Shown piece after piece: positions 41,112 to 55,620 of a stretch of 64,000 bases of DNA. Location: NCBI GenBank assembly GCA_964016885.1, contig OZ024741.1, forward strand, positions 220,038,001 through 220,102,000, given 5' to 3'. Below the pieces are notes generated by a model that saw only the letters and a list, made by a program, of their open reading frames with translations, was not told the origin of the DNA and made no database searches. How positions within the stretch are numbered: position 1 is the first letter of the stretch; every line of letters starts with the position of its first letter. The DNA comes from Eledone cirrhosa (lineage: Eukaryota). A program made the position numbers and the translations under genes.

Positions 41112-41262
41112 AGCGAATTGGCAGAGTCGTTAGAACGTCAGAAAGAAAGATTTGAGTTATTCAATTCGGCTCCCTGCTCCCTGAGTTCAACTGCCGCCGA
41201 GGTCAACTAGGCTTCTCATCCATCCGATGTAGATAAAACAAGTACCAGTCAAATACTGGGCT
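41112..41262 (+). mobile_element. Diverged tRNA-derived SINE
   Basis: TTGGCAGAGTCG..CTGAGTTCAACTGCCGCCGAGGTCAAC..GATAAAACAAGTACCAGT. Confidence 0.7.
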
Positions 41263-41680
41263 GATTCTTTTCTATATCTCTTTCTCACTTCCATTCCCTC
41301 ATTCTTTCTCTATCCTCTGGAAGGAATCTGTTGTATTCAGAGCTGGAGATGTGATGGCCTCGGCCGGGTTTTAAAAATGAATGCTGTATAAACGCTATAT
41401 ACCAATATGGGGTCCCAACGACTGCCTCGGGAGTTAAGGGACCCTATTAGCATATATATTTAGCTGTGGAAATAAGAGAAATAATACGCAGTACATGACA
41501 CCAGTGACGTCGGCTCCTCCAGGAGTTTCATGGTTAATGTATTTGTCAAGTTTCAAAGCATATTTATGTTTGTATGTACGAGTACATATGTATCTACATT
41601 GATAGATAGGTAAAATAGATATACATACCATCATACACACATAGATTCATACATATATACATACATACATACATACATAC

Positions 41681-42757
41681 ATGGTGGCTGCCAACTCGTT
41701 TTCGAGTACGGCCACTACTTTATATCCATGTAGGAGTACTCCTACCAATGCGCTGAACGAGTGTGACGTTTTAGTCCAGCCAGCAACTTGTAAACTCTGG
41801 TACAAACACTACACTTGTGACAATTATTGACACATAGTGCTAGGCCCATAGTACCATGTGACGACAAGTGCAGAGAGATCTCCAGATATAAAGCAATGCC
41901 TGTGCCGTGAAGCTTTTATAGTGAGCAAAGGCACTGCACAAAGCCAGTCCCACTCTCTTAACCAAGATGATATTTACCAAAAAGAAGAACAAGTCAACAT
42001 CATTGGATACCATCAGGGTTGCAGGTGTTATATCAGAGTTTTCCTTCTCCTAGAATTCTGCCTTGACAAAGGCTAAGGGGTCATACATACATACATACAT
42101 ACATACATACATACATACATACATACATACATACATACATACATACACAGATCATACAAACATACATAAATACATACATACATACAACATACAAACATTA
42201 CCTTCATACAACATACATACATGCATACATACAAATAAGATGGATGCCCTCTCGTTATCGAGTATGGTCATTGCATGATATACCATTATTAATAGTTATT
42301 AATTAATTCTATCGTGCAATGCCTGTGCGTTAAGATATTTTTTGAAGTGATGAAAGACTATGCACTGAGCCAATCCCACTCTCTAAGCGACAGTAGCTAT
42401 AACCCGAAAAGAAGAAAAGATCAACATCATCGGTAAGTACTGAGCCGCAGGTTTTATATCGGAGTTATCCCAGTTTCCTGAGTTACCTTCTCCTAGAAGA
42501 ATGCCCTGACAAAGGCTAGGGGTCCTTCACTCCCAGTACATGTGTATATACATATTTACACACTTTCGGATGGCCGTTGACTCTTATGAGTTGTTCCGCC
42601 CTTTGTCAGGCTTTATTTTTTGTCCTGCAGGGTGTCCAAAATCACCCTCCTTACCAAGTAAACTTGGTGGGGTTGCCGGTTTATTCACCGACGACCCGAC
42701 CATGCGACAGGTTGTACTGGGTTACATGTTACCAGTAGCACTCAAGAGTGACCCGAC
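41681..42757 (+). mobile_element. Pieces of non-coding interspersed repeat(s) separated by (CATA)n
   Basis: 41681-41953 matches 28289-28560. A CCTTCTCCTAGA..CCTTGACAAAGGCTA-like motif occurs twice. The GGTTACATGTTACCAGTAG end is shared with ~48100-48250. Confidence 0.65.
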
Positions 42758-42857
42758 ATACATACATATATACCTACTACATACATACGTACATGCATGC
42801 ATACATACATACATACATACATACATACATACATACATACATACATACATACATACA

Positions 42858-42887
<30 letters not shown>

Positions 42888-42889
<2 letters not shown>

Positions 42890-45800
42890 ATCATTCAACG
42901 CGATCAGTCGCATATTTTGGCGTGGGAGACTATTTATTAAATTTAAGATGAATACTATCTCCGACAGTAATGCCCCAACTACAGTCATGTTCTGAAGACA
43001 CCTTTTATTCGAATTCGTAGAGATATCCGACTAAATACATAATTCATTTTACAAGGATTTGCTACAAACATCATGGCTGAACACAACATCAACAACAAAA
43101 TTAAGGAAGTATCGAAGACAAACAACAAGAAAGGTAAACAAACTTTATTCAGTTGTAGCTACAGAAGAAACCGAAATTATAAATCGCATTTCTCTTGGAG
43201 TTGCGAACTTTATAATGATTTATTTAATTCTAATAAAATGGCAATAAACAATCCCTCCATTGGCTATAAGAACAGAATGAAGCTACACTGGGACGAAATG
43301 CACCCAGAGCTAAATTATTTCACAGCAAAACAATTACGCCAACAAGCGACGTTTGTTGAACGTAAAAATAAGATAAATATTATTAATTGTAAGTCCTCCA
43401 CCATAAACATGGGATCAACAACACGTGCTACAGGTCGCCATGCTACTAGACTTCCTAGCAACCAGGTCGAACAGCGCCTTCAAACAACTATGCCTGTAAC
43501 AAACTTGACACCACCTATACCATCTAAGTTTACCTCGAATGCTGGGGAAAACACTATCGATAATAATAATAATCGAAGAAATAATAATAATAATAATCGA
43601 AGAAATTTGACACCACGTGCACCATCCGAGTCTACCTCGACTGTTGTGGAAAATACTATCGATAATGACAATAATCAAAAGTATAAACAATTGAAAATTT
43701 CCCTCAACGAAATCTTCCAGAGAGAAATTAATTCATGTATATATATATATCTCTTGCTGAACGTGTTAAAACGACGATGTTTAATAAAAAAAAAAAAAAA
43801 AAAATAATGAAATATAACGTGTTATTGACGAAATAGGGGATGAATATTTACGACGGATAAAAACCCCATCATTTTGGCAAATCAACGCCTGTTTATATGC
43901 CTTAGCAACGACAGTGAAGCATTATCTTGGTGATAGCAGAGATATTAACAAGAACAGAACACCACCAAATATATATATATATAAGTCATATATAACTAAA
44001 ATAGAAAAAAAGTTTGCTGACCTACGAAAAACCATAGGATATGTGACAATGCTCCTTACATGCAAACAAACACAACAAAACCTCACTCCTAACCAACAAA
44101 GAGTGAAAAATAAAATAGAGACGATGTTTGGTAACAGTAGAACCAGAACTCTTCAATATAAGCTGATCACCCTCAAACAAGAATTGAGAGCTGTTAGCGA
44201 AAAACGCCGATACCTGAAGAAGGTAGATGTGAGAAAAGTGCTTAATAAAAGATTCAGACGAAACCAAACATCAGTCTATAGAGATATGAAGAACAAAATA
44301 ATAAGTGTCACTGAGCCCCCATCCCAGAAAGACATAGATTCCTTTTGGAGCAAAATATGGGGTGAAAAGAAGAATTTCAACCAAGATGTAGTGTGGCTAA
44401 GAGAAATCCGAAAGAACTATTGCTCCTTCACTACAACAAAAACATACGAAATAAGTGAGGGTACCCTTGAGACTGTGATAGAAAAACTCCAAGATAAGAA
44501 AACACCAGGAAGAGACATGATTGTCGGCTACTGGTACAAAAAACTGATATTCTATCGGAGGTATCTTACTGACCTCTACCAACAAGTTCTTAAGGGAGAT
44601 ACATTTATCCCAGAATGGTTGACATTAGCACAAACGTTACTGGTTCCCAAGAACAAAGACACCCACTTGGCAAAATACTACCAACCCAATGCATGCCAGA
44701 ACCTGATGTATAAGATACAGCCTGCCTGAACCTATTCCTCCAAGATCACTGTGAAAATAATAACATTATCACAGATGAACAAGCATCTGGAAAGAAAGGG
44801 GTTTGAGGATGTACTGAAAAACTCCTAATCAACAAAACTCCGATGTCGGAGGTGCGCAACTTAGGAGGAATATGGATACAGTCTGGCTGGACTACAGGAA
44901 AGCTTTCGATTCTGTTCCCCACTCTTGGATGATAGAGGCCCTCCAACTTGCTAAAGTCCCAAACATTAATGTCAGAGCCATAGAGAGGCTCTCTTCTTCT
45001 TGGGCTACTATCCTAAGGTTAAAGACAGAGAGGAAGGGCTCTATTTTCACTGATAAAATAAAATATCACAGGGGTATATTTCAGGGGCACAGTCCCTCTG
45101 TGATATTATTCATCTTGTCATTAAACCCCTTATCCTTTCTGCTCAAGAAATGTGAGGGATACATCATTGGCTCACAGGAGGACAGAAATACGAACCTTAC
45201 CCATAATTTCTTTGTGGACGATCTGAAACTCTATGCCAAGAACATGGACGGGATGAAGAAATATCTTGACCTGGTTACAACGTTCTCAAAGTATATAGGA
45301 CTGGAGTTTGGCCAAGTTAAATGCTCATACATGACTGTAAAGCGGGGAAAAACAACAACCCAATCTTGCAACATTGTCATGAATGGTCTAACTGTTTCAC
45401 CGATATCTGATGTGGACTGCTACAGATACCTGGGGATAGATGAGAACATATCCTATAATGGTATCTGTAATAAGGAACGCGTAACCAGGGAATACTACAC
45501 CCGATTAAGGAAGATTTGGTCATCGAAACTCTCTGCGCAAAACAAAACAGTTGCACCCAATGTGTTTGCTGTGCCTGTCCTAACACCAATGTTTGGAATA
45601 CTCAATTGGACAATAGACGAAATCCGAGCAGTTGATATTGGAACTTGAAAAATACTAAACAACACCGGAAACGTCCACATCAACAGTGACATAGACCGCC
45701 TTTACTTGTAAATTCCAATGAGAGAGTTTTGTGTCTATGTTAGAAACCGACTCTCTTTCTAATGGGAAAAAATTTGTGAAATTAGAAAACCAGAAGAACA

Positions 45801-47265
45801 TACATACATACATAATACATATATATATATACATACATACATAATACATACATACATAGATACATACATACATACATACATACATACATACATACATACA
45901 TACATACATACATACATACATACATACTTCCACATCAACATGACATAGACCCCTTTACTTGAAACGTAAGCAGGGAGGCAGAGGCCTAACATCAGTCCAG
46001 ACAACATTTGAATGTCGCATCATATCTCTCCGACAATATCTACTAACCTCGAAGCGTAGGAGCCCGCTTCTCGAGCAAGTCTATCTGCATGAAACAGATA
46101 AGGTCATGAGAGTTGGGAAGGAACTCCTCGAGAGATATTCCCTGTGTGATAATCAAAAACTCACACCCAGGGATGTCGCTCAGCAGTATCGCAGTGAATA
46201 CATGGATGAAAAACTGCATGCCTATCAGCAAAAAATCATGTATGGATATGTTGCCAGTAAGCTCCAGAGTGAGAGTAATATAGATAAGGAAAGTAGACTA
46301 TCTTGGACCAACAACCGCTATATTGGCTCCCACTTTGATGGATACGCTTTTGCAATCCAAGAACAGGAGATTAGCACGAAATACCTGATTCACAAAAGAG
46401 ATAGGGATGCAGGCAAAACACCTCGATGTGATAACAAGTGCAGACTCTGCAGAACTAACATCGAGGACATCACCCATGTCATCAGCAGCTGTCCAAAGAT
46501 GTCATCGCGGTACTATCTACCTAAGAGGCATGATGTAGTGGCCAAAACCGTGTACAATGCAGTTCGTAAAAAAGATAGCCCCGATCTTAAACACATTAAA
46601 AGCTACAACAATGTGGAAGACATCCTGGTACATAATATGAAAGAGTACTGGTGGAATGTTCCAGTAAAACCCCAATAAAATGCAGGCCTAACAGATCAGA
46701 TATTATGATATGGGACAGAGAGAAGAAAGCATGCTCAGTAGGGGAAATTAGCTGCCCAGTAGATGCCAATATAATATCAAAGATTAGTGAAAAGGAGAAT
46801 ATTTATGCAGAACGGATGAGAAATCTGCAGATACTCCATCCTGATTCCATCTTCAGATTTATGCCTGTGATTATTGGGGCACTGGGGTATGTTAGTAACT
46901 GCCTCAATACAAATCTTGAGAAGCTAGGCTTCACAGGAACACAAAGAACACAACTAGTTAGGAAATTACAAGTACAATCCATTAATGGAACAGTAAAAAA
47001 TGTAAAACATTCCAAAAAATGTGCAGCTAATAACTGCATATACACATGTACAGATACAAAGCATATACACATGCACACATACAACTCAAAACATACACAT
47101 CCACACATACAATAACATCCATATCTACACATGCATGCATGCATACATAATTTACCTAGTTGATGTTGTGTAAATTCCAATGAGAGAGTCTTGTGTCTAT
47201 GTTAGAAACCGACTCTCTTTCTATTGGGAAAAAAATTGTGAAATTAGAAAACCAGAAGAACATAC
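42888..47265 (+). mobile_element. Near full-length decayed R4/Dong-like non-LTR retrotransposon (RT + RLE)
   Basis: FWSKIW, PGRDMIVGYWYK, WLDYRKAFDSVPH, RGIFQG, FVDDLKLY, YRYLG, GGRGL, CRLC..HVISSC..RHD, NRSDIMI..EISCP; flanked by (CATA)n. Confidence 0.88.
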
Positions 47266-47376
47266 ATGCATAATACATACACATATACATACATACATAC
47301 ATACATACATACATACATACATACATACATACATACATACATACATACATACATACATACATACATAGATACATAC

Positions 47377-47772
47377 TTCCACATCAACATGACATAGACC
47401 GCCTTTACTTGAAACGTAAGCAGCGAGGCAGCGGCCTAACATCAGTCCAGACAACATTTGAATGTCGCATCATATCTCTCCTACAACATTTACTAACCTC
47501 GAAGCGTAGGAGCCCGCTTCTCGAGCAAGTCTATCTGCATGAAACAGATAAGATCATGAGATTTGGGAAGGAATCCTTGAGAGATATTCCCTGTGTGATA
47601 ATCAAAAACTCACACCCAATATAATAACATCCATATCTACACATTCATACATACATATCTACCTAGTTTATGTTGTGTAAATTCCAATGAGAGAGTATTG
47701 TGTCTATGTTAGAAACCGACTTTCTCTCTATTGGGAAAACATTGTGAAATTATAAAACCAGAAGAACATACA
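47377..47772 (+). mobile_element. Second, internally deleted copy of the R4-like 3' region
   Basis: 47377-47618 repeats 45928-46168, then jumps to the 3' terminus seen at 47110-47265. Confidence 0.85.
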
Positions 47773-48743
47773 TTAATGGCTGTATCTCAATTTCGAGTAA
47801 TGTCATCTATTGATAGTTAAACATGAGCATCATGGACCTGGCCTTTTAGTCCTGTTAGGGACTTGCTTATGACCATCCATCACAAAAAATGTCACATATC
47901 AAGTGATGCCTTGAAGCTTTTTTAAGCGATGAAAGGCTTTGCGTGGGGCCAATTCCAGTTTCTGAACATCAAATGCATTTACCCAAAAAGTAGAACTGGA
48001 TGCAAACGAAGTCGCAGGTTTTATATCAGAGTGACTTTCTCCCAGACAGATGTCTTAATGGAAAGTAGGAGTCTCTCACCCCAAACAGAAACCTACTTTA
48101 TTGGATGGACGTTGACTCCCTTTGATTCCTCCTCCCTATGACTGGTTTTGTTTTTTATCCCACTAGATGTCCACAATCCCGTTCCTCACCAAGCAAACTT
48201 GGTAGGTTGCCGGTTTACATGTTACCAGTAGTGCTGAAGAGCGAGCTGACATGAGATATATACAACACACACACACACACAATCAAACACACACCCACAT
48301 ACATATTTATAGATAGATAGAAAGATATAGATATAGATATAGATATATACATACAAACATATATACATATATACATACAGATATAGATATATACATACAA
48401 ACATATATACATGTACTTTCTTGATGACAAATAAAACAGCTCTTGTCCTATAGTAGCAATACATTCTACTAATGTGTTGAGTACGTTTTTTTTACACTGT
48501 GGGTACCGACTGAAAAACTCAAGAATTTACATATTCTATATATATACGTGTATGCATATATGAATACCTTATAGAAATAAGACACACGTGCATGCCCCCC
48601 GTGTAACTATTGCATACACTAACTACTTCAAACTATCCTCTTGCATCATCTTCGTAAACTGCCAATATTGTATTTTAACTTTAATCTTGTTTTCTTTTAA
48701 TATGACTTTAATCTTTGAATGTAAATTGCCATGCTAAAATATT

Positions 48744-48928
48744 ATAATTGTTTCTACTTTAGGCACAAGGCCAGAAATTACCCAGTGCATTACTGGAACT
48801 TTATTTTATCGACCCCGTAAGGATGAAATGCAAAGTTAACCTCGGCGGGATTTGAACTCAGATCGTAAAGGGACGTAACTATGCTGGAAAGCATGGCGTC
48901 CGACCCTCTACCGATACTGCCAATCCAC
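48744..48928 (-). mobile_element. tRNA-derived SINE (same family as 4180)
   Basis: Reverse complement of the family sequence. Confidence 0.85.
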
Positions 48929-49023
48929 GTTATGTCAACCCACTGTGCATCAATATATACATATGTTTCTGTATGTCTCTTGTGTTGGAAAGGAGGTCAT
49001 GTATGTAAACAATCATAGAAAAA

Positions 49024-49072
49024 TTGCTCCGAAGACTCCAAACCTCGGTTTGGAAGAAACAATTGTAAGCGA
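49024..49072 (+). ncRNA. Minimal type I hammerhead (CCGAAGA core variant)
   Basis: TTGCT-CCGAAGA-CTCCAAAC-CTCG-GTTTGGAA-GAAA-CAATTG-TA-AGCGA then ATAAA. Confidence 0.72.
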
Positions 49073-49126
49073 ATAAATGGTTTGAACAGAACTTTGATTC
49101 ATGTAATTTCTATATGAATATCTATC

Positions 49127-49225
<99 letters not shown>

Positions 49226-49248
49226 GCGTGTGTGTATGTGTGTGTGTA

Positions 49249-49359
<111 letters not shown>

Positions 49360-49615
49360 ATACATGTGTGTGTGTATGTGTGAGTATTCACACATAAATA
49401 GCCAGCTGCAACATGAGTGTCACGTTATGGTTTCTTTTATATCTGCATCACTGAGTTTGTCTTTTATCCTAGCGTAGTTATGTCCCCTTGTGGCCTTTGC
49501 TTGCAAACTGCGAACCTTCTAAATAGCTAGAATCTGATTATACCTCTGTCCCACCGCCTTATATATATATATATATAGTGAAAAATTGAACGGGAACAAA
49601 ACAGAGAGGCAGTAC

Positions 49616-49678
<63 letters not shown>

Positions 49679-49730
49679 CATATATGTACATACATGTACA
49701 TCTACACACACACACACACAAACACACAAT

Positions 49731-49778
<48 letters not shown>

Positions 49779-49825
49779 TATATGTACATACATGTATATC
49801 TACACACTCACACACACACACACAG

Positions 49826-49858
<33 letters not shown>

Positions 49859-49862
<4 letters not shown>

Positions 49863-50049
49863 AACGAGTAGGACCCCGACGGCTGAGCTCAAGCCGTTTC
49901 GACGGCTAATTCTGTCCAGAATTAGCCGTCGAAACGGCTTGAGCTCAGCCGTCGGGGTCCTACTCGTTCCTATTACCCACTCTACTACCCTAAGTATTGA
50001 GTACTTTGGTACGTTATGGTCCACCTGGTTCCTTACCACATTTCCTTCG

Positions 50050-50053
<4 letters not shown>
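49859..50053. mobile_element. Asymmetric palindromic element, copy 4
   Basis: Perfect ~56-bp arms around a CTG-TC-CAG centre; long arm on the right. Confidence 0.88.
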
Positions 50054-50112
<59 letters not shown>

Positions 50113-50369
50113 CTGTAATGTCTCTATATATATACAGAGAGAGAGAGAGAGAGGAAGAGAGAGAGAGAGGGGTGAGCTACACTAATACAGGCACGTGAAC
50201 GATGACTAAGATTATCAGTGGCTTGTACCCGTATCTTTTAGAAATAAATTGTAATTTCCTTTGGGTCAGCTTGGAATATATTTGTAGCTTGTAGGACGAA
50301 TAAGAGAGAGAGTTCTGTGAAATATGACAGAGGCATTGTCAGCTAGATGTGTCATCCAGCACACCTAAT

Positions 50370-51383
50370 CGATACAAACACACATATATATACACACACA
50401 CTCACACATATACACACACACACACATATATATACACACACAATCACATATATACACACACACACACACACACATATATATACACACACAATCACACATA
50501 TACACACACACACATATATATACACACACAATCACACATATACACACACACACATATATATACACACACAATCACACATATACACACACACATATATATA
50601 TACACACACAATCACACATATACACACACACACATATATATACACACACAATCACACATATACACACACACACACACATATATATACACACACAATCACA
50701 CATATACACACACACACATATATATACACACACAATCACACATATACACACACACATATATATACACACACAATCACACATATACACACACACACATATA
50801 TATACACACACACTCACACATATACACACACACATATATATATATACACACACAATCACACATATACACACACACACATACAGACACACACAGATATACA
50901 AACATACACACATACCCACACATACACACATGGACACACTCATATATACTCATGCACATACCTACACATATGCACACACAATCTCACATACACACATACA
51001 CACACAATCACACATATACACACACACATATATATACACAATTACACACACACATACAGACACACACAGATATACAAACATACACACATACCCACACATA
51101 CACACATGGACACACTCATATATACTCATGCACATACCTACACATATGCACACACAATCACACATACACACATATACACACACACATATATATACACAAT
51201 CACACACACACACACACACATACACAGACACACACATATATACACACATACACACATACCCACACATACACACATGGACACACTCATATATACACGTGCA
51301 CATACCTACACATATGCACACACAATCACACATACACACATACACACACAATCACACATATACACACACATATATGCACACAT

Positions 51384-51420
<37 letters not shown>

Positions 51421-51653
51421 ACACACACATACATACACACAGACATACACACATACATACATACATACACACACGTATACACACACAATCACACATATAC
51501 ACACACGCATATGCACACATACGCACACATATATAAATATATATATTATATACACACACATACATACACACAGACATACACACACACATACACACATACA
51601 TACACACACATATACACACACAATCACACATATATACACGCAAATGCACACAT

Positions 51654-51720
<67 letters not shown>

Positions 51721-52730
51721 TACATACACACAGACATACACACACACATACACACACATATACACACACAATCACACATATACACACAATCCCACATATA
51801 TACACACAATCACACATACACACACACACATATATATACACACATAATCACACATACACATACACACATATATACACACATATACATATACACACAACAC
51901 ACGCTTGCACATGTAGAAACACATACACACATACACAAACATACATAGACACACATACACCCACATACACACATATATACACACACACAAACACACATAT
52001 ACACATATACGCGCACTCACATATACACACAGACACACACAGTCACACACACTTATGCACAAACACACACACACACTTATATATATATTTATGTATGCAT
52101 GTGTTTGTATGGGTGCGTCTGTGTATGTGTCTGTGTGTGTCTGTGTATGTATGTATGTGTGTGTGCGTGCATGTATGTGGGTGTACGAATGTGTGTGTAT
52201 GTGTGTCTGTGTATGTGTCTGTGTTTGTATGTGTATGTAAATGTATGTGTGTGTGTTTGTATGTGTATGTATGTGTGTATGTATGTGTGTGTATGTATTT
52301 GTGTGTATGTATGTGTGAGTGTGTGTGTGTGTGTATGTGTCTACATGTATGTGTCTATATGTATGTATGTGTGTATGTATGTATGTATGTGTGTGTGTAT
52401 GTATGTGTCTGTATGTGTCTGTGCATGTATGTGTGTGTGTATATATGTGTGTGTATGTTTTTATGTCTGTGTGCGCGTGTGTCTGTATGTGTCTGTGCAT
52501 GTATGTGTGTGTGTATATATGTGTGTGTATGTTTTTATGTCTGTGTGCGCGTGAGTGTGTGTATGTATGTGTGTGTATGTATATGACTGTGTGTATGTAT
52601 ATGACTGTGTGTATGTATATGTCTGTGTGTGTATGTATGTATATGTATGTGTGTGTATGTGTGTGTATGTATACGTATATGTCTGTGTGTGTGTGTGTGT
52701 GTGTATGTGTGTGTGTATATGTATATGTCT
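50370..52730. repeat. Compound (CA)/(TA) microsatellite with ~30-bp and ~170-bp higher-order units; strand switch near 52080
   Basis: Recurrent CAATCACACATATACAC and ATGGACACACTCATATATAC; CA-rich changes to TG-rich. Confidence 0.9.
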
Positions 52731-52894
52731 ATTTACAAAGGTGTCTGATCAACAAAGTAATATACGTAGAAAGGTATTTGTTTATTTTGTGGTATAAAAT
52801 CGTAAAACTAATCGATAACCAATTGTTTCTAGAAGTGTGTAGAGTCTTGTACGTATTACTCATTTATAAGGTTCAGCAAGATTACAATCGAACT

Positions 52895-53895
52895 CTTCCT
52901 CTCCTTTCATCTATCTTCATCTAACATCTACCCAAGTGTTTCATCAAGATTATAAGTGATAAAACTACTTTCTTCTCTTCATCTCTCTTCATCTAACATC
53001 TACCCAATAGTATTCCTAAGATGACAGGCGATGAAACTAGTTTCACCTCGTCATCTCTCTTCATCTAACATCTACCCAATAGTATTCCTAAGATGACAGG
53101 CGATGAAACTACTTTCACCTCGTCATCTCTCTTCATCTAACATCTACCCAATTCTATCCCCAAGATGATAAGAGTTGAAACCAGTTTCATCTCTTCATCG
53201 CTCTCCATCTAACATCTACCCAACAATATCACCAAGATTATAGGCTATAAAACTAATTTCACCTCTTCATGTACCCAAGTGTACAGGCGATGAAACCAAT
53301 TTTAAATCTTCATCTATCTTCATCTAACATGTACCCAAGTGTATAGGCAATAGAACCAGTTTTAACTCTTCATCGATTTTCATCTAACATCTATCCAACA
53401 GTAACCCCAAGATAACAAGCGTTGAAACTAGTTTTACCTCTTCATCGCTCTTCGTCTAACATCTACCCAAGTGTATCACCAAGATGAAAGGCGATGAAAC
53501 TAATTTCACCTCTTCATCTAACATCTACCCAACAGTATCCTCAAGATGATAGGCTATGAAACATGTTTTAACTTTTCATCTATCTTTATCTAACATGTAC
53601 CCAAGTGTATCCCGAAAATGAGAGGTGATGAAACTAGTTTTAACCCTCAATCCATCTTTATCTAACATGTTCCCAAGAGTACAGGCGATGAAACCAATTT
53701 TACCTCTTCATCTATCTTCATTTAAGACGTACCCAAGTCTACCCCAAGGTGATGGGCGATGGAATCAGTTTTAACTCTTCATCTATCTTCATCTAACATG
53801 TTCCCAAGAGTAACCCCAAGATTATAAGTGATGAAACCAGTTTTAACTCTAACATGTAATCCCAAACATGATAGGCGTTGGAACGAGTTTTAACG
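52895..53895. repeat. Degenerate ~70-bp tandem repeat, ~15 units
   Basis: Recurrent TTCATCTAACATCTACCCAA..AAGATGA..GATGAAACTAGTTT. Confidence 0.85.
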
Positions 53896-54097
53896 GGAAC
53901 CCTGTGTACTATATATAGTCAGTAACACAATCCTCGCTCCTTCCTGCAGTTATATCCTGGATGTTCCGTTGTATCAAGTTAAGAAGAGTCGAGAATGTAT
54001 CTCTGTCTGCAGCGGATATCAATAAATAATAGAATTCGCCACCAACACTAATTATTAAATAAAGATACTAGAAATATAAATATTATATATGACATAT

Positions 54098-54347
54098 ATG
54101 GTTGGATAATATCCATGAGCTTGGCTGTTCTCGCTTGGGGATCAAGCCGGATCAGTTGGAGACGGTTGCTTCTGATAGGACCCACTGGACGGAATGTTTG
54201 AGGACTCTGCCCACACGCACCTCTCAGGAAGAAGTGGGCGAAGAAGAAGAAGAAGAAGAAGAAGAAGAAGAAGAAGAAGAAGAAGAAGAAGAAGAAGAAG
54301 AAGAAGAAGAAGAAGAAGAAGAAGAAGAAGAAGAAGAAGAAGAAGAA
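54098..54347 (+). mobile_element. RTE-like LINE 3' end with (GAA)n tail
   Basis: WLDNIHELG..RLGIKPDQLETVASDRTHW; a second copy lies at ~38555-38640. Confidence 0.65.
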
Positions 54348-54889
54348 TATGACATTTATGGTGTTGCTGTTACTGTTAGTATTTAACTTTTAGTTATTTT
54401 AGAAGTAATAATTTATTTCGAAAAACTCAAATATATTTTAGGATAAAATTTACATAAAAATAATAAAGAATTTAATATTTAGTCAAACAAAAAGGAAAAG
54501 AAAGTAGTATTGGAAAGAACTATAAATGCTATGAGAGGAAAAGGAGGGAAAGAGCAAAGATTATTAGGTAACGAAAGCAAAGAGGAAGGAAAGAGGGTGA
54601 AAGACTGTACACCTTGATCTAAAAGCCAGTGTGTGACCAGAACAGTCACACCTTTCATCCGATATTCAGCGAGGGGAACATAATGATGATTTATAGATAC
54701 AGTCCAACCATAACTAACCACACCTAGAAAACTCTATTCATGTAAGATGACACACATAGAATGTTTTTAATATAGAAGGAATGAAATATTTAGCAAATAG
54801 CAGAGAAAGCTTATATAGAAACATACATACACTGATAAACATATACATAGACGCATAAATATATACATACAGACTCATAAATATATACA

Positions 54890-55175
54890 TACGCTCATAA
54901 ATATATACATACACACTCATAAACAGATACACAAACTCATAAACAGATTCACACACTCATAAATAGATTCACACACTCATAAACAGATACACTCTCTCAA
55001 AACCATATACACACACTCATAAACATATGCACATACTATTAAACATATACACACCCTCATAAACATATATGCACCCTCATAAACACATACACACACCCAT
55101 AAATATATACACACACCCATAAATAGATACGCACACTCATAAACAGATACACACTCATAAACAGATACACACACG
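54890..55175. repeat. ~20-22-bp minisatellite (CACACTCATAAACAGATA-like)
   Basis: Directly visible. Confidence 0.8.
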
Positions 55176-55429
55176 TTCATGAGAAGCTAAGGCGTAGATT
55201 CATTCTTTGGAAAGTAGGGTTCCCTTGATGAGTATGAGGGGTATTTTCTCGTGATTGTGGGAGGAGATGGAGCATGGTGTAGGAGGAGACCAGAAATAGC
55301 GAGATGGTCAGTAGAGTGGCTGAGCCAGGTAAAGAGGCAGGTTATAGATTTCAGGACTTGTTATTGATATCAAAGTGATGTTCATGAAACCAATCACCCA
55401 AAAAGTGCCCCCTCCTGCTTATGTACACA

Positions 55430-55620
55430 GCATATGGAGACGTCTGGTGTCCATGGCCCTAGGACCACCTCCCTACTAACCACCATCGACACAGAGTTGG
55501 CTACACACATGTGTGAGCCTCACGAGCTGGAATATCTCTTCCAGCACGTGTCCCTCACCATCCTCCGGGGAAACGCATTCTCTATTCTATCCACCGGGGG
55601 CGTGGGGCGGAAGGCGCATG
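55430..55620 (+). mobile_element. CRE-like RLE 3' fragment
   Basis: ETSGVHGPRTTSLL..LFQHVSLTILRGNAFSILSTG, homologous to 32655-32830. Confidence 0.75.
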
